This document shows positions 9,063-16,666 of a stretch of DNA of 23,022 nucleotides, piece after piece. This stretch comes from an uncultured Deferribacteres bacterium (GTDB lineage Bacteria > Zhuqueibacterota > Zhuqueibacteria > Zhuqueibacterales > Geothermadaptataceae), in the NCBI GenBank assembly GCA_964014485.1, contig CAXHAT010000133.1:1-23022 (forward strand). Direction: 5' to 3'. Position 1 is the first letter of the stretch. Each line of letters begins with the position of its first letter. A model generated the notes under the pieces. It saw only the letters and a program-made list of their open reading frames with translations. It was not told where the DNA came from and did no database searches. Both the position numbers and the translations under genes were made by a program.

Positions 9063-10067
9063 TTATTTTTTCTTGCTTCGACGACTAGACGATGAAGAAG
9101 AAGACCGGGAACCGGAACTCTTGCTGCTCGACGATTTGTTGGAGCTTCTACTTACAGACGATTTCGTGCTGCTTCGAGAACTGCTTGGGCGGGAAGCCTT
9201 TGCTTTTGACCGAGACGAAGAATTTGAAGATCTGCGGCTAACAGTTCGGGTGCTCTTGCCTGAAGACCTCGACCGTTCGCCTGATGATACGGCTGATTTC
9301 GAAGACGGCCGCCTGCTTGAACGTTTTACTCTCCGACTTGAATCGCTCGCACGATCTTTTTCCGTTCTCGCGCTGCTCACGGTCGTTGAAGAACCATCTC
9401 TTCGGCGGCGGCGAACATTATCATTTGTTTCCGTACTTGAGCCGCTGCGACTCACGACTGAGCGCGGCGCAGTGCGACTGCCGGTTCTTGCAACAACGGA
9501 TGACGTATTCGAAGGATCATCGCGATTGACGGTGCGCCTGCCAAAATTGCGTCTTTTGGGCTCGCGCGGAGTGTATGATGCGTAAGAACCGCCGTAATAA
9601 TACCTGTCTCTATACCCTCTGTAACCATAGTGAGAATAAGAAGGCCAGTACGCCCCGGCGTAAAACCAGGTTGACGGCCAATAGCGGTAGGAATAAAAAT
9701 CGTAGTAGGGGTCGTAATCAAAATACGGATCATAGCCGTAGCCCCAATATCGAGAGTAGATTGAGCGATGCCTGTTGCCGTAGCGAAAACGATAGCTCGG
9801 ATAAAAGAAAGAGTCCCAGAAGGGGTCGTAGGTGGAATAATGATGAACCGGGTAGCCGCCGTAAATGTAAATATCAACGTCGCCGTCATCTTCATCTACG
9901 TAGGCTTCTTCAACATACTCTTCGTCTTCATAGCCAGGTTCGGTTTCGACGACCTCAACGGGGTCTTCTTCCGAAACCGGCGGAGCAAGCTTTGTATAGC
10001 AGCCCGAAAGCATTACAGCGAAGAACAGCGTCAAAGAAAGACCTGTCATAGTTTTAAGTTTTAGCAT
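9063..10067 (-). CDS. Lipoprotein with acidic, Tyr-rich and Ser/Arg-rich low-complexity blocks
   Basis: Lipobox LSGC, RBS GAGGGAG, ordered blocks rich in E/D, then Y/W/P/G, then S/R/K. Confidence 0.85.
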   Translation of the reverse strand: MLKLKTMTGLSLTLFFAVMLSGCYTKLAPPVSEEDPVEVVETEPGYEDEEYVEEAYVDEDDGDVDIYIYGGYPVHHYSTYDPFWDSFFYPSYRFRYGNRHRSIYSRYWGYGYDPYFDYDPYYDFYSYRYWPSTWFYAGAYWPSYSHYGYRGYRDRYYYGGSYASYTPREPKRRNFGRRTVNRDDPSNTSSVVARTGSRTAPRSVVSRSGSSTETNDNVRRRRRDGSSTTVSSARTEKDRASDSSRRVKRSSRRPSSKSAVSSGERSRSSGKSTRTVSRRSSNSSSRSKAKASRPSSSRSSTKSSVSRSSNKSSSSKSSGSRSSSSSSSRRSKKK

Positions 10068-10149
10068 GCTGCAATCTCCCTCTTGAGTTAAAAGGTTGAG
10101 AAATTTCTCGCTTCTATTTGGAATCTTGCTCCAGGTTCCTCAAGCTTAG

Positions 10150-10166
10150 TACAATGAATGTGCCAA
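10150..10166 (-). promoter_or_regulatory. Candidate sigma54 (-24/-12) promoter
   Basis: Minus strand TTGGCAC-ATTCA-TTGTA; exact GG-N10-G spacing but -12 is GT instead of GC; about 80 nt upstream of the lipoprotein ATG. Confidence 0.4.
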
Positions 10167-10335
10167 CTAAGCATCCTTAGCAACATCTCAATTTTCAAAC
10201 TTGATCTTCTATAAAAGCTACCTGCGAACACAGGAAATCTGCGCAATTCGCGCTCGTATTATACAAAAGTTTTGCGTTGGAATGTGTTGAACTGCACACA
10301 CTGAAAACTCCCTAAACAGGGTAATACCATCAAAT

Positions 10336-10971
10336 TTACTTTGACAAATCGAACCGAATTGGCAAAGTCAGAAAATGAGTGGTCGGGACTCCGTTCTTTT
10401 TTGCAGGGATAAATCGGCTCGCTTTCACCGCCCTTACAGCCGCCGCGGCGCAAACTTCACTGCCTGTTGAATTCTCCAAAACAACAGCATCTACTACGCG
10501 TCCGCGTTCATTAATTTCTGCGCTTACCTTGACTTCGCCATGCACGCCTCTTTTCTTTTCCTTTTCAGGAAATTCCGGAATCACCCAAGCAATCGGACGC
10601 GGCGGCGTGATAACCGGAGCGCCCGCGCCTTCATCGCTGAATGCGCCGCTGCCGTCTTCACCGTTATCCGCAAATAAATCCCATTCCGTCGGCTCAATGG
10701 TCTCGTCTTCAGGAATCTCGTCATCTTCAGCCGGAACGGGAATCGCCGGTTTCTGCGGCGGCGGCTTGCGCTTGCCCTGCCGCGTAATCGGAACGTTTTC
10801 TAACTCAACGCGTGTAAATTCGATATCTTGCTCGACAGTTTCGACAAGATCAAACTCAGCAGCAATTCGAAACGATAGAATACAAAATACCAAGGCCGCA
10901 GCCGTGGCGACGTCTATGTTTCTTTTATAATTCTTTCTGTCTTGATTAATGTCTTGATTAATGTCTTGCAT
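10336..10971 (-). CDS. TonB family energy transducer protein
   Basis: N-terminal TM anchor, Pro-rich linker (KPPPQKPAIPVP), TonB C-domain PEFPEKEKKRGVHGEVKVSAEINERGRV...FIPAKKNG...LPIRFDL. Confidence 0.9.
   Translation of the reverse strand: MQDINQDINQDRKNYKRNIDVATAAALVFCILSFRIAAEFDLVETVEQDIEFTRVELENVPITRQGKRKPPPQKPAIPVPAEDDEIPEDETIEPTEWDLFADNGEDGSGAFSDEGAGAPVITPPRPIAWVIPEFPEKEKKRGVHGEVKVSAEINERGRVVDAVVLENSTGSEVCAAAAVRAVKASRFIPAKKNGVPTTHFLTLPIRFDLSK
10938..10968. repeat. 12-bp tandem repeat (about 2.6 copies) in the tonB 5' end
   Basis: TGTCTTGATTAA x2 plus TGTCTTG, encoding QDIN-QDIN-QD. Confidence 0.85.
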
Positions 10972-11014
10972 AGGCCTAAAAAACGGCTAAAACTACACTC
11001 AACAGCTCGGAAGC

Positions 11015-11043
11015 AAAATACGACTCAATGACGAAAGATTCAA
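11015..11043 (-). promoter_or_regulatory. Putative sigma70 promoter of tonB
   Basis: Minus strand TTGAAT-N17-TATTTT, 44 nt upstream of the ATG. Confidence 0.45.
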
Positions 11044-11084
11044 TTCTTTAAACAATTGCTTTCCTGAAAGTTCCGCCGATTGAC

Positions 11085-11876
11085 TCAGATCATCTCAAAC
11101 GATTTTACGAGGAGCCATCCAACCTTTCCGTCACGCAGCCGAATCTCGGCCCAATCACCCGCGATTTCCTGAATTTCGAACCTGGTTCCTTCATGTAAAA
11201 GAAAGACTTCGGTCCCCGTCTCGGAAGGTTCGCTTTTAATTTGAACTTCTTCTTGCAAAACGACGCCATGACGATCAGTTGCGGCTTTGTACCACCTGAA
11301 CGCCGCCATTGAAAGCGTAATGACAACAATCGCTAAGCTGACGTTAACGACTGCGCGATAAACAAAATTACGCGTCAGTCTCGGCGCAAAAAATCGAACG
11401 GAAAGAAAAATCATGAAAGCGGCGTAAGCGAATACAGCCACCCAAATAACCAAATTCAATCGCGGCGCCAAAAACAACGCTTCTACAAAACGAATCCACG
11501 CATCTTTTGGCGGCTCTGCAATCCGATCGACCACCGCTAATTGCGCAATTTCAAGATTAAATTGCACGTCTTCATTGTCTGGCGACAGTTTCAGCGCACG
11601 CTCATAATTTAAAATTGCTCGGCCAATTTCATTCAAACGATAATGCGCGTTTGCAAGATTATAGTAAATCTGCCAGTTTTCTTTACCGCTCGCTATAATC
11701 TCATTATACAAACTGACAGCTTGCGAAAACTCCCCTTTCTCATAAAATGAGTTCGCTTGATGAAACAGGCTCGTCGCTTCGTCAGCGAAGACAAAAACCG
11801 CCTGGAGCAAAATGCTAACAATTAAAACTTTTTGAGCTCTTTTGATTCTGTGTCCAACCTGAAAAAACCTTTTCAT
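11085..11876 (-). CDS. batE: BatE-like TPR + TM + SH3 domain protein
   Basis: TPR motif YYNLANAHYRLNEIGRAILNYERALKLSP, two TM helices, SH3b motif LHEGT...W.EIRL.DGKVGW. ATGA overlap with batD. Confidence 0.92.
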   Translation of the reverse strand: MKRFFQVGHRIKRAQKVLIVSILLQAVFVFADEATSLFHQANSFYEKGEFSQAVSLYNEIIASGKENWQIYYNLANAHYRLNEIGRAILNYERALKLSPDNEDVQFNLEIAQLAVVDRIAEPPKDAWIRFVEALFLAPRLNLVIWVAVFAYAAFMIFLSVRFFAPRLTRNFVYRAVVNVSLAIVVITLSMAAFRWYKAATDRHGVVLQEEVQIKSEPSETGTEVFLLHEGTRFEIQEIAGDWAEIRLRDGKVGWLLVKSFEMI

Positions 11877-13693
11877 AACGACTTCTCAACCTCCACGATC
11901 ACATCTTGCACTCGGCGGTAAAAATCATCCATCGCCGCTTCCGCCGCATCCGATTGTGCGAAGCGTTGAAAATCGCTCTCAGCCAACAAGCTCTGATATT
12001 TTTCTATAGTTTCGGAGCTCACGCCGCTTCCTTCCATTTGCCCCGCGATTTCTTCGCTCACAAGAGCCGATTCTTCGACGTTGAGCTTGTTGCCAATAAA
12101 TTTCGTCAACGCATTTGCGGCTTCTGTGTAGAATCTCGAGACGTCACCGCTGTCCTTCGCTTGCTTCGCATCTTTGAGTTGCTTTTGAGCGATTTTCTGC
12201 GCCTTTTTGCTGCGTGCGTAAGCAACATTCGAAGTCATGTGGTCGCTGCGATTTCGGTAGGCGACCCCGCCCGCAAGCACCAGCAATGGCAAAATCAACA
12301 TCGCCCAAAAACCGGCTTCGCGAAAAATGGTACGGTTCACATCAACAAAAACGCCCGGCGTTTTCTCGATAAACCGGATATCCTGGCCGACCATTCGCAC
12401 CTCTTCCTTCGAAAGGCCGTTGCCAAGATCAGCCGCCACTTTTGCGCCGCGAGAAATATTCAGCGTGACCGGCTTCGTCGAAAGCTGCGCATATTTTTGA
12501 TCCTTGGTATCGAAATATGAAAGCGCAACGGCGGGAATCGTAAACTCTCCGGCTCTGCGCGGAATCAATAAATATTCAAAGGTCTTTGACCCGCTGACCT
12601 TATTGCCGGCGCGATTGATCTTCTCGCTCGATTTTGGATCATACACTTCGAACGCGTCGGGGAAATTGATCTTCGGCGGGGAAAGCACGCGAATATTGCC
12701 GTCGCCGCTGACGGTAACCTTCAAAGTCACGGGCTCATTCGTTTCGGAACTTGTACGATCAACGGTTCCCTTCAATGAAAACTCGCCGACGAGACCGGAA
12801 AAATCTTTTGGCTTATTCGCGGGCAGCGGAGAAACTTCAATATCGATAGCTTCGGCAGTCATGCGGTGGGTAACGTTGCGGCCAAAAAACGGGTCGTCGA
12901 AAAACGAATCCAACAAGTCCCGTCTGCTGCGTCGTTCTTTGACCCGCACACTTGCTTCCAACCCTTGCGCCGGAATCTGCTTTTTGCCGGCGCTCGTTGG
13001 GAAAAGTGCGATTTTTTTCAACGTCGCTACACGCCAAGTCACACCGTCAATCGTCTCATTGTACATTTTCGGTTGATCAAAGCCCGGAAACTCTTCCGAC
13101 CAGAAATCGCCGTAATTCGGCTGATTGGTGAACGCATAATTCGTAACCTGGACGCGCATGTACAATTTATATTCGACGACGACCGGCTCGCCCTGATAAA
13201 CTTTGCGTTTGTTCGGCACGGCCTTGAAAAACAGACTTTCCGCCAAATCCTGTTGCTGCGCGCTGCGTGAACGGCCGCGCCCGCCGGTCTGCGACGTTCC
13301 CGCCGGAGCCTTTATGATTTCAACGGCAATCGGCTGGCTCTTATATTCTTTCCCTTCAAAATTGGCAACCACCGAGCCGATGGTAAATTTTCCAAGCTTG
13401 GTTGAAGTGAAATAATAAACCAACGTCTTGCTCATGGTTCTTTGCCCGTTGGCGATCTGCAAATTTGTTTGCGAACTGCTGCCTCCAAAAACAGCAAACG
13501 CCTCCATGTTCGGAAGCGTAACGTTATCAACCGAATTCGCATCGCCGCCGGTCAATTCGACATTGAGCTGAAACTGCCGATTCAAACCGATTTGCGTCCG
13601 GTCGACGGTGACGTTAATCTGCAAATCCTGCGTGAAGCCGGTGAACGGAAATGCGAGTAAAAATATAATTTTAAAGAGTCGTGATGTGTTCAT
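11873..13693 (-). CDS. batD: BatD family protein
   Basis: Signal peptide, three BatD repeats (VDRTQIG; KVYQGEPVVVEYKLY; GLVGEF...VSGDGN...FEVYDP...LIPRRAG), DIRFI, TM helix, helical C-domain. Confidence 0.95.
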   Translation of the reverse strand: MNTSRLFKIIFLLAFPFTGFTQDLQINVTVDRTQIGLNRQFQLNVELTGGDANSVDNVTLPNMEAFAVFGGSSSQTNLQIANGQRTMSKTLVYYFTSTKLGKFTIGSVVANFEGKEYKSQPIAVEIIKAPAGTSQTGGRGRSRSAQQQDLAESLFFKAVPNKRKVYQGEPVVVEYKLYMRVQVTNYAFTNQPNYGDFWSEEFPGFDQPKMYNETIDGVTWRVATLKKIALFPTSAGKKQIPAQGLEASVRVKERRSRRDLLDSFFDDPFFGRNVTHRMTAEAIDIEVSPLPANKPKDFSGLVGEFSLKGTVDRTSSETNEPVTLKVTVSGDGNIRVLSPPKINFPDAFEVYDPKSSEKINRAGNKVSGSKTFEYLLIPRRAGEFTIPAVALSYFDTKDQKYAQLSTKPVTLNISRGAKVAADLGNGLSKEEVRMVGQDIRFIEKTPGVFVDVNRTIFREAGFWAMLILPLLVLAGGVAYRNRSDHMTSNVAYARSKKAQKIAQKQLKDAKQAKDSGDVSRFYTEAANALTKFIGNKLNVEESALVSEEIAGQMEGSGVSSETIEKYQSLLAESDFQRFAQSDAAEAAMDDFYRRVQDVIVEVEKSL

Positions 13694-13715
13694 TCAAGTA
13701 TTTTTTCGTTGTCAA

Positions 13716-14345
13716 TTACCAATCCTTCGCTGAGCGTGGGCGGCCTTTGCCTTTCTTCTTGCGCTTCTTTTGTAAATCCTGTTCCTGACCCTGCAGCGCG
13801 TTCAACAAGCGCTCCGCTTCTTCCTTCGAAATTTCTTCCGGATTCGCCGCTTGTTGTTCCTGTTGCTGCTCTTCTTCAGGCTGCTGCTGATCTTGCTGGC
13901 CTTCTTGCTGTTCCGGCTGCTCTTGTTGTTCCTGCTCCTCTTGTTCTTCCTGTTCTTGCTCTTGTTCCTGCTGATCCTGACTTTCTTGCTGTTGTTCTTG
14001 TTGCTGCTGCTGTTCTTCTAAAATCTTTTCCAAAAGCTTTTGCAGCTTCTCATCATTGGGATGCGCCTCGAGCCCGGCTTCGATTTCCCGCACCGCGTCA
14101 GCGTACTTGCCGTTAATATAAAAATTCGCCGCATTGTGGAAGAACGTCTCAACTTGCGCTTGCCTCGAATGCGCAACACCAGTAATCAGCATCATCGCAA
14201 CAAGTACTGCCGCGCATTGAAGCGCCAAACGAGAACTTAAACCCCTACTACGAAATGTTGGATTAATAGAGTGCAGGGAAGTAAAATTCCAACGATCCAG
14301 CAATCCATTAATCCAACATTCCATTAATCCAAACACCTTTTTCAT
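13716..14345 (-). CDS. BatC-like protein 2 (TPR, Q/E-rich linker, BatC C-terminal motif)
   Basis: ATGA overlap with the upstream stop, single TPR, poly-Q/E linker, ISKEEAERLLNAL...KDW tail typical of BatC. Confidence 0.85.
   Translation of the reverse strand: MKKVFGLMECWINGLLDRWNFTSLHSINPTFRSRGLSSRLALQCAAVLVAMMLITGVAHSRQAQVETFFHNAANFYINGKYADAVREIEAGLEAHPNDEKLQKLLEKILEEQQQQQEQQQESQDQQEQEQEQEEQEEQEQQEQPEQQEGQQDQQQPEEEQQQEQQAANPEEISKEEAERLLNALQGQEQDLQKKRKKKGKGRPRSAKDW
14252..14334. repeat. Inverted octamer-repeat element inside the 5' end of the batC-like gene
   Basis: Six tandem (A/T)TCCAnnn octamers at 14287-14334; 14252-14274 is a 20/23 inverted copy of 14300-14322. Confidence 0.8.
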
Positions 14346-15085
14346 TGCTTCGCGCCTCCCGTCTCGATTTCGACAATACTCTGAATCCGGGTCATGAAAT
14401 CCTGAAACGCCGCGACAGTCTCGTCGACTTTGAGACCGGCCTGCATTAAGTCATGCGCGCGTTTGTACTCCCGTTGCGCCACGAATGCCTCGGCCTGTGC
14501 TTTTAGCTTTTTCGCATACTCCGACGGCTCGACTTTCTTCTCTTGCTGTTGCTGATTTTGATCCTGCTCTTGCTGATCCGCGTTTTCCTTCAATTTCGAA
14601 CGCACGAATTCGAGATTATACTTCGCGTCTTCATCATCAGGATTGAGCTTGAGCGCGTCTTTGTAGGCCAAAATGCTCTCGGGCAGTTTGTTGAGCCGGA
14701 ACAGGCAGTTGCCCTTGTTGTAATAAATCTCACTTTGAAAAGAAGCGTCATCCGCGCCTTTCAGCGCCTTGTCATACGATTTCAGCGCTTCTTCATAATT
14801 CTTCTTTTCATAAAGCGTGTTCGCGATATTGTAATCGATCAGCGGCGAAGCGGGATTGCTCAACTGCGCGTCACGATACGCATTATTCGCCGCATCGAAC
14901 TTGCCTTCTTCGAAAAGTTTGTTCCCTTCGAGAACCTTGTCGCGTCCGTTGTTTTGGGCAAAAACGTTCGTTTCTGTAAGCAAGCTGAAGCTCAAGCTTA
15001 TGAGGATCAACAATTCAGAAAATCTTTTTTGCATAACATATCGTTTTGGCTGAACTGGTTTTTGTACTATAACAGTATTTGTCAT
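14342..15085 (-). CDS. batC: BatC-like TPR protein 1
   Basis: GNKLFEEGKFDAANNAY, YNIANTLY, YYNKGNCLF, YKDALKLNPDDEDAKYNLE. Start at 15085 (1 nt after the upstream stop) or 15034 (MQKRF signal peptide). Confidence 0.85.
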   Translation of the reverse strand: MTNTVIVQKPVQPKRYVMQKRFSELLILISLSFSLLTETNVFAQNNGRDKVLEGNKLFEEGKFDAANNAYRDAQLSNPASPLIDYNIANTLYEKKNYEEALKSYDKALKGADDASFQSEIYYNKGNCLFRLNKLPESILAYKDALKLNPDDEDAKYNLEFVRSKLKENADQQEQDQNQQQQEKKVEPSEYAKKLKAQAEAFVAQREYKRAHDLMQAGLKVDETVAAFQDFMTRIQSIVEIETGGAKQ

Positions 15086-15086
15086 T

Positions 15087-15593
15087 TTAACTGCTGATTT
15101 CGTCGCCTTGTATTTTTTCCCACTTGACAAACCCCTCAACTATATCTTGTCTACTAGTCCCAAAACCTACAAATTTACCATTCAAGGATCGCGCATCTGG
15201 GGACAACTTTAGAAAGAAAATACCAAACTGCTGTATATTTTTGTTCTTATGGTTATATTCAAATTTCAAAAATGTCGAATCGTAAAAGCCGCCGATAAGA
15301 GCAAAATGCCCATGATAACCTATATTTTTACTCCAGACTTCAAGATCACCACGTATCTTACCAAACGAACGGCTAAACTTCACTTTATAAGTATAACTAC
15401 GTTTCTTCGTATCAGGTACATCAACATCTCGCCCTTTTCCTTCCCACAAACCTTGGATAGCATTCAGTCTAACCTGATTTTGCGGTAAATATACCCGTTG
15501 AAAACCAGACCGTCTCCCAAGCCAATGATGTAGGAATACTCCAACTATACCAAGTAAACCTGTAACTAACGCAGCCTGTATAGTAATATCCAT
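15087..15593 (-). CDS. AT-rich single-TM protein with predicted beta-barrel (Cap15 / SMODS-associated S-2TM-beta-like)
   Basis: N-terminal TM helix then alternating beta strands: IQGLWEG, LKFEY, QFGIFFLKL, LNGKFVG, EGFVKWEK. Sampled 60-nt lines are 32-38% GC. Confidence 0.6.
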   Translation of the reverse strand: MDITIQAALVTGLLGIVGVFLHHWLGRRSGFQRVYLPQNQVRLNAIQGLWEGKGRDVDVPDTKKRSYTYKVKFSRSFGKIRGDLEVWSKNIGYHGHFALIGGFYDSTFLKFEYNHKNKNIQQFGIFFLKLSPDARSLNGKFVGFGTSRQDIVEGFVKWEKIQGDEISS

Positions 15594-15658
15594 GGTATCG
15601 ATTATATTGAAACGATTCTGTCAAGTATCATAATGCTCATTTAAACCGGTACATCTTT

Positions 15659-15931
15659 TTAAAATAGAATTCTATTCTGATGACTATCACTCAACCCATG
15701 GGATTCAACAATTTCAAGAACTTTTTGAAGTCGCTCGGTAGCTTTATCGCCATAATTGATCCGCCGTAGAACTTCCATGTGCAACAGCCGTTCGTGCGGC
15801 GTGCGCGAACGCCAATACGCTTTTTCGTCATCATCATCAAAACGCGAAGTCACGGAAAAAACGGTTTTATCGAGTTTGAGTGATGGAAATTCGTTTGTCA
15901 AATCTTTGTCTTTCATTTTTTGCTTAACCAC
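15659..15931 (-). CDS. Small protein resembling the partner gene of minimal nucleotidyltransferase TA-like pairs
   Basis: Pattern LDKTVFSV...DEKAYWRSRTPHERL..ME.LR.INYG....RLQKVLEIVE; overlaps the upstream stop. Family call from memory of the motif. Confidence 0.65.
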   Translation of the reverse strand: MVKQKMKDKDLTNEFPSLKLDKTVFSVTSRFDDDDEKAYWRSRTPHERLLHMEVLRRINYGDKATERLQKVLEIVESHGLSDSHQNRILF

Positions 15932-16268
15932 GCCCCTCGGCGATTGCGTTCGCGAGCGCCGTTGTCTTCATTTCCTGCTCAACCGCCGCCCATTCCCGAT
16001 TCCACGTGTCCAAATCAAAGTCCGGGTCTTCCGGCGCGTTACGCAAAGCGTCCGCTAACGAGCCGCTCGCCGGTCGAAAGCTGTTTGGATTTTTGGGAGT
16101 CGCCTGGATTTCCGCGACAACTTGTTCCGGCGTTGGGTAATCGTCTTCCGCCGCGAGCGCGCGGGTCAATATCTCAATGACCATCTCTTGCAACGAAAGC
16201 TTGCTTGCGTTCGCTTGATCCTGGAGTTGAGATTCCAGCGTTTTCGGTAAAGTTATGTTAATCGCCAT
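15924..16268 (-). CDS. RHH/CopG-like DNA-binding protein, putative antitoxin
   Basis: N-terminus INITLPKTLESQLQDQANASKLSLQEMVIEILTRAL fits a ribbon-helix-helix; acidic C-terminus; RBS GAGG. Confidence 0.7.
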   Translation of the reverse strand: MAINITLPKTLESQLQDQANASKLSLQEMVIEILTRALAAEDDYPTPEQVVAEIQATPKNPNSFRPASGSLADALRNAPEDPDFDLDTWNREWAAVEQEMKTTALANAIAEGRG

Positions 16269-16307
16269 TTCAAAACCTCATCAATTAAAGTAGAATGGCT
16301 AAATCTC

Positions 16308-16535
16308 TCATACAAAAGCCGCGACGTCCACTGATTTTGCCGCCGCGAAGCTTTTACGATGCAGTTTGATACGTTCAACTTCATGCAACGTCTCTGCTGT
16401 AAAATAACTCTCGCCACACACAGAGCAACTCACCATGGGAATATCTTCGATGACCAGCAACTCTCTCCCTTTCCTATGAGCTTCCGTTATTTTTCTAATA
16501 AGCGCATTGGGCTTGCCGCAAAGTTCACAGATCAT
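16308..16535 (-). CDS. YgiT-type (MqsA N-terminal) zinc finger protein
   Basis: MICELCG...LLVIEDIPMVSCSVCGESYFTAET, two CxxC pairs, 75 aa from ATG 16535, no HTH domain. Confidence 0.9.
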   Translation of the reverse strand: MICELCGKPNALIRKITEAHRKGRELLVIEDIPMVSCSVCGESYFTAETLHEVERIKLHRKSFAAAKSVDVAAFV

Positions 16536-16610
16536 AACTTTTTCTCTACCTCGCAGGGTTAGGCAAAATAGATTCCTCCTGACTGACAAAACGGGAACAA
16601 GTCAAAAAAA

Positions 16611-16651
16611 CTCTGCGAAAACTCCGCGTTTCAGCGCCCTTTGCGTTGAAA
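16611..16651. repeat. REP-like short dispersed repeat (CTCTGCG-type units)
   Basis: CTCTGCG..CTCCGCG..TCAGCG..CTTTGCG: four degenerate tandem units just downstream of the batB stop. Confidence 0.55.
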
Positions 16652-16666
16652 CATCCGTTCCAAAAA

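Noticed and set aside
9073..9585. 170-aa plus-strand Leu/Arg/Asp-rich ORF
   Set aside because: Antisense shadow of the Ser/Arg-rich lipoprotein tail.
11906..13415. Several plus-strand ORFs within batD
   Set aside because: Antisense shadows of a long GC-rich gene.
13709..14116. 135-aa plus-strand hydrophobic ORF and CTG/TTG-rich repeats
   Set aside because: Antisense shadow of the poly-Q/E linker; low-complexity coding sequence, not a separate element.
15663..15676. AATAGAATTCTATT palindrome as an antitoxin operator
   Set aside because: A single AT-rich palindrome at the 3' end of the array rather than at its promoter; plausible by chance.
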